64,000 bases of DNA from an uncultured Verrucomicrobiae bacterium (GTDB lineage Bacteria > Verrucomicrobiota > Verrucomicrobiia > Chthoniobacterales > Terrimicrobiaceae). Within the stretch, counting starts at the first letter, position 1; every line of letters begins with the position of its first letter. The stretch covers positions 96,001 through 160,000 of the forward strand of contig CAVPOC010000010.1 in NCBI GenBank assembly GCA_963706955.1. The letters run 5' to 3'. Under the pieces are notes generated by a model that had not been told where the DNA came from, ran no database searches, and saw only the letters and a program-made list of their open reading frames with translations. Of the stretch, positions 59,909 through 64,000 are shown in pieces. The position numbers and the translations under genes were made by a program.

Positions 59909-61144
59909 TTAGAGATAGCTTAGCCACCAGTCGTGGCGCCGTTGCTTGAGCGCTGCAAACCAGCGGCAAAGTGGGTACAACGCCAGCAGGATCCCGAGCC
60001 AGAGCACATAGACAAGGGGAAGGCCCACGCCGTATCCGTCCGGCTTGGTCACAATTGGGTCTTGGAAGAGCCAAGCGAGGTCGTCTCCGGCAAAGGCGGC
60101 GGCCGTCACCGCCACAACATGAATTAAGTAAATGTGTGTGATGTAGAAAAAGAAGGGCACGCGCCCGAGCGTGATGAGCCAACCAGCCAGTCTGCCGCGC
60201 GCCTTCTCAAAGAGCGCCAGCGCGATGAGCCCGGGACCGAGCGTCATCGCCAGATAGAGCAGCGACGGCGGATACTTTTCGCAATTGATGAACGAGAGGA
60301 CGCTCGCGGTCCACGAGCTGTCAGCCTGCCACGGCGCCGGGTCCCCATAAACATTCAGGGCACGCAGCACCACGAAAATTCCCACCAGGGAAACGCCCGC
60401 GCCCAAGAGCCAGCGACGTCGTTGCGGTTCGGGAAAATTCATCACCGGACCAAACGCGTAGCCGGCGGCCATCACGCCGATCCACGGGACGAGCGGATAA
60501 ACTGCAAGCACTTTTATGCCAGGCAAGGGCTGCAGAAATCCCGGTTCGTGCAGGAGCAGCCACAGGGACGCGAAACCCTGCAACTGTTCCGCTCTAATCC
60601 CATCGAACAGATTGTGGCCAGCGATCATTGCAAACGCGAACGCGGCCAGTGCGACGCGTGGCAGGTAGATCAATCCAGCCAGCGCGATCATCGACCAGCC
60701 AATCGCCCAGATCACTTGGAGAACGAAAAAGTTGAACGCAGGATTAAACGTCCAGCCAAAAAGGACTACGGTAAGTTCGAGCAACGCCAGCCATGCTCCG
60801 CGCGTGAGGAGAAAGAGGCTTAACTCCTGCCTCGTTCGCCCGCGGCTTCCATAGAAAAACGCGGAAAGCCCTGCGAGAAAGATGAAGAGCGGCGCGCAGA
60901 AATGCGTCACCCATCGCGTCAGGAACAATCCCGGATCATGAATGTCGCGGGGATTCATCGCACTCGTGCCGAAAAAATCTCGCGTATGATCGAGCACCAT
61001 CAGAACCATGATCAAGCCACGCAGCAGATCAATGCTGTCGAGCCGTGGTCGAGTCGCCACGCGGCGAGACAATCTGCGGTCCGCAACGCGGGTTCGAACG
61101 GCACGAGCCGGTTCATCCAAGGCGATAACTGAAAACGATCTCAC
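59909..61144 (-). CDS. DUF1624 / heparan-alpha-glucosaminide N-acetyltransferase-like membrane protein
   Basis: RLDSIDLLRG..MVLM.LDHTRDF, TRWVTHFCAP.F, YPLVPWIGVM and KYPPSL. Confidence 0.9.
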   Translation of the reverse strand: MRSFSVIALDEPARAVRTRVADRRLSRRVATRPRLDSIDLLRGLIMVLMVLDHTRDFFGTSAMNPRDIHDPGLFLTRWVTHFCAPLFIFLAGLSAFFYGSRGRTRQELSLFLLTRGAWLALLELTVVLFGWTFNPAFNFFVLQVIWAIGWSMIALAGLIYLPRVALAAFAFAMIAGHNLFDGIRAEQLQGFASLWLLLHEPGFLQPLPGIKVLAVYPLVPWIGVMAAGYAFGPVMNFPEPQRRRWLLGAGVSLVGIFVVLRALNVYGDPAPWQADSSWTASVLSFINCEKYPPSLLYLAMTLGPGLIALALFEKARGRLAGWLITLGRVPFFFYITHIYLIHVVAVTAAAFAGDDLAWLFQDPIVTKPDGYGVGLPLVYVLWLGILLALYPLCRWFAALKQRRHDWWLSYL

Positions 61145-61368
61145 AGCTTGTTACATTTTGCTGTCAGGTTCGCCGCGGGCGGCTCACCCGTAGGTGACAG
61201 CGCGCAGAAGGCTTGCACTGGTTGCCAGTTCTAACAATGGAACTTTCGTGCTACCACATTCACTGACTCAGGCGATGAGCACGGTAAAAATTTGTCCCGG
61301 ACCATCGAGCTCGTTCGTTCTATCACTGAAGCAGTGAGACAATCATCAACAGAAGAGCAAAGCACATC

Positions 61369-61971
61369 ATGAAGCACAGGATTGCATACTTTGGATCGGC
61401 GCTCATTGTCGCCGGAGCACTCACCGTCGGATTGGCTAGTGAAAACGCACAGAAATTCGACCCGGCGATGGAGGAGATGATGAAGAAGGCCGAAGCGGCG
61501 TCCGCACCCGGGATCGCCCATCAGTCACTCGAACCGCTCGTCGGCGAGTGGAACGTTGAGGTAAAAACGTGGATGACCCCGGATGCAGAGCCGACGATTT
61601 CGACGGGTAACGCTAAGTCCACGTGGGCGCTCAAGGGTCGCTTCGTTCAGCAAGAGTTCAGCGGCGAATTTATGGGCCAGCCCTTCCATGGAATCAGCTT
61701 CACCGGTTACGACAACGTCCGAGAGAAATACCGCAGCGTCTGGATTGACGACATGAGCACCACGATGGTCGTAAGCGAAGGTGACGCCGACGACGGCGGC
61801 AAAGTCATCACTCTCGGAGGCAGTTACGCTTGCGCGATGACGGGCGAGAAGGACAAGACAACGACACAGATCTATCGCATCCTTAGTCCCGACAAGCACG
61901 TCTTCGAAATGCACGATCCCGCGCGTGGTGAACATTCCAAGGTGATGGAGATCACCTACATTCGTAAATAG
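61369..61971 (+). CDS. DUF1579 domain protein (exported)
   Basis: Signal peptide; PG..H..L..LVGEW, GRFV, F.G....GYDN...KY..VWIDDMST and KVMEITY.R. Confidence 0.88.
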   Translation: MKHRIAYFGSALIVAGALTVGLASENAQKFDPAMEEMMKKAEAASAPGIAHQSLEPLVGEWNVEVKTWMTPDAEPTISTGNAKSTWALKGRFVQQEFSGEFMGQPFHGISFTGYDNVREKYRSVWIDDMSTTMVVSEGDADDGGKVITLGGSYACAMTGEKDKTTTQIYRILSPDKHVFEMHDPARGEHSKVMEITYIRK

Positions 61972-62039
61972 CGCCCACCACGCGAAGACCATCGCTAAGC
62001 GCCCTCCCAACAGCATCAAAACGCCAATCTAAAATTCGT

Positions 62040-62489
62040 ATGTCCACACACACCATCCGGCTTCATCGCGTTCTTCGTTCGACACCTGAGCGAGTGTATC
62101 GAGCCTTTCTTGACGCCGACGCGAAGGCCAAATGGCTTCCACCAAACGGGTTTACCGGGAAGGTTCACCATTTGGACGCCCAAGTCGGCGGCACTTACAA
62201 AATGTCGTTCACTAATTTCACCACCGGCAAAAGCCAATCTTTTGGCGGAACCTACCTCGAGCTCCTGCCACATGAACGCATCCGCTATACGGACAAGTTC
62301 GACGACCCCAACCTCGCAGGCGAAATGCAAACGACGATCAGCTTGAAGCAGGTATCCTGTGGCACTGAGTTGAACATCGTGCAAGAAGGTGTCCCCGCCG
62401 TAATTCCGGCTGAAGCTTGCTATCTTGGTTGGCAGGAATCGTTGACCCTGCTGGCCAAACTCGTCGAGGCGGAAATTCCAGATGAGTAG
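62040..62489 (+). CDS. SRPBCC / AHSA1-like protein
   Basis: LHRVL...PERVYRAF.D..A..KWLPP.GF and C..GWQESL..LA.LVE. Confidence 0.92.
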   Translation: MSTHTIRLHRVLRSTPERVYRAFLDADAKAKWLPPNGFTGKVHHLDAQVGGTYKMSFTNFTTGKSQSFGGTYLELLPHERIRYTDKFDDPNLAGEMQTTISLKQVSCGTELNIVQEGVPAVIPAEACYLGWQESLTLLAKLVEAEIPDE

Positions 62490-62680
62490 TGAAGATTTCT
62501 TTAACAACCGCGCTTGTTCGCGGAGCCAGATGTGTTTAGCGGCCCTGAAATGCAAGAATCAGGGCATGGATGGCAATGGATTCCGCCAGAGCCATACCGA
62601 GGATGGAAACGGTTAGAACGCGCCCGAAGGCGCCTGGGTTTCGTCCCACGAGTTACGGCGAAACACCCGAATGCGGAATT

Positions 62681-63051
62681 TGTAGCAGCGATGTCCTCAT
62701 CCTTGCGGGTAGGACCATCGGCGGCGGCACCGCTAAAGTCTACTTGGTCTTTTGACCGGTTTCGATCCTCTCTTTAGAGGCCCGAAGCTTTGGATGATAC
62801 CGGTCCGCCAAATTGGGTCGGTCCAGCCCGAGGTCTAGTGCGAATCATCATAAACCAAAGCTCGGATCCGCCGCGAAGATGAAACAAGAGTTCGCGACAG
62901 ATTACGCGCTCTGAGACGTATGTAGCCGATGCGGACGAGTTGTCAGGGCATTACACATTTGTCCTATTCGTCCCCGCGAAGGCGTTACCTGCGCCCACGC
63001 TCTAATTCGCAATTTGTAGCCTTTGCCGACGCTCGAGGAAGCGCCGCTACA
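62681..63051. repeat. Degenerate GTAG-type REP copies
   Basis: TGTAGCAGCGATGTCCTCATCC at 62681, and TGTAGC...CGACGCTCGAGGAAGCGCCGCTACA at 63015-63051. Confidence 0.45.
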
Positions 63052-63227
63052 GCGCCAAGGGTAGTCAGGGTTGCCGGCATACACCTATTTGTCAGGAGAT
63101 ATGACGGCTCCTCTTCGGCGAAAGAACTCTGAAACTCGGTTCTCCAGATTCCTTTCTACCTTATAGAGGCCCACCGTCACGGCCCAATCAAAATGTCACA
63201 ATCAACGTAAGAAAAAGGAATCACCAG

Positions 63228-63659
63228 ATGCAAATATTTCGGGCAATGTCCGCCGAGGCAAAGCTGGCCTTATTGGCCTTGGTCACCGCACTCGCGCTCG
63301 TCAGCCCATCAATAACCGGTCACACCAGCCAGACCATTGTTAACCCTTATAAGGCCAGAGTTGTTATTCACAACGATACCGGGGTGGCGATCCACTACAC
63401 CCTCAAGTGGGGATCCAGTGCTGAGTGGAAAACCATAACCGTGAACAATGGAATGTTCCATTGGCACACCTACAAATTAGACCCCGACGATCGCGCTCCG
63501 GCACCATTCATCCGCTTCCACAACGCCGTCGGTGGCTATACGGAATATAAGCTGAAATTTGGGAAATTTGGCAACGGTCCGCGAGGCGAAATTGACAACT
63601 CTACGCACTATGAGTTCGCGTTCGGGGGCGGGAGCCGTCTTGACTTGTATTTGAAGTAA
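63228..63659 (+). CDS. Secreted hypothetical beta-rich protein
   Basis: 143-aa ORF with an SD (AAGGA), a hydrophobic signal peptide and aromatic-rich beta-like segments. Confidence 0.7.
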   Translation: MQIFRAMSAEAKLALLALVTALALVSPSITGHTSQTIVNPYKARVVIHNDTGVAIHYTLKWGSSAEWKTITVNNGMFHWHTYKLDPDDRAPAPFIRFHNAVGGYTEYKLKFGKFGNGPRGEIDNSTHYEFAFGGGSRLDLYLK

Positions 63660-64000
63660 GCGCGACTCTACTGAGAGTCCTGTGCGTCCGCCAACCGCAT
63701 TCCAAGACAATCAACGCAAATCGGACGAGGTGCAGGGATACTTGACGGGCTACTCAGTCCGTGGCGGTGAAAAGAAGGCCGAGCAAGACTTGAATCACCT
63801 CCAAGTATCCGCAGCATTTTTGTCGCCAGATTTTTCCGGCTAAGCCGAATATTCGGCGCAGACGCAGCTAAACAAATGGCCGGTCCGTGTGAGGAGAAGG
63901 GAAGCTACCTTTCCTGATTCGATCGGTTCCTCTTGGTGAGCTATTGCACCTTGCCCTTTGGTCCATACCCCGTTTTGAATTTTCGGATAACAGTGTCCAT

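Noticed and set aside
63700..63900. TIR-like remnant (LQVSAAFLSPDF)
   Set aside because: The match is too short and is interrupted by a stop codon.
45085..64000. Prophage, ICE or intact IS element
   Set aside because: No integrase, transposase, relaxase or phage structural gene is recognisable.
63941..64000. 3' end of a minus-strand gene entering from outside the window
   Set aside because: Only 19 codons are visible (MDTVIRKFKTGYGPKGKVQ*), too few to identify.

Overview
A GC-rich bacterial chromosomal window. The gene repertoire suggests a soil Verrucomicrobiota-like diderm, but that is an inference. (1) 1-3053 (+): exbB-exbD-exbD plus a membrane-anchored TonB/TolA-like protein that ends in a vWA domain. 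(2) 3420-34359 (-): a GH17 glucanase, a lipoprotein and a ~29 kb exopolysaccharide locus. The locus holds an OM beta-barrel, a short Wza, Wzc, uxs, ugd, an ABC-type exporter, 13 glycosyltransferase ORFs, an acetyltransferase, a Wzy/O-antigen-ligase-like protein, VanZ and a WcaJ-like priming transferase. No Wzx flippase is visible. (3) 34971-44907: core and housekeeping genes (ccsA, larE, chdC/hemQ, ferredoxin, DUF721, folB, Gfo/Idh/MocA, ThuA-like, ECF sigma/anti-sigma). (4) tRNA-Gly(GCC) at 45009-45084. It is followed by a 142-bp tandem array that re-creates the tRNA 3' end and carries an antisense copy of the T-arm. A degenerate copy of the tRNA 3' end lies 2.9 kb downstream. (5) 48000-64000: a plastic accessory region with YjgN-M48, cupins, an MBL hydrolase, an orphan HicB/HigA-like chimeric antitoxin, gene debris, a two-component pair, DUF5069, DUF1624, DUF1579 and SRPBCC. 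Two dispersed palindromic repeat families (GTAG-type REP doublets and a GGGGAGC-ended MITE-like element) occur in intergenic spaces. At least eight single-base frameshifts split otherwise intact genes and are most simply explained as long-read consensus errors. All product calls come from motif recognition by eye; no database searches were run.
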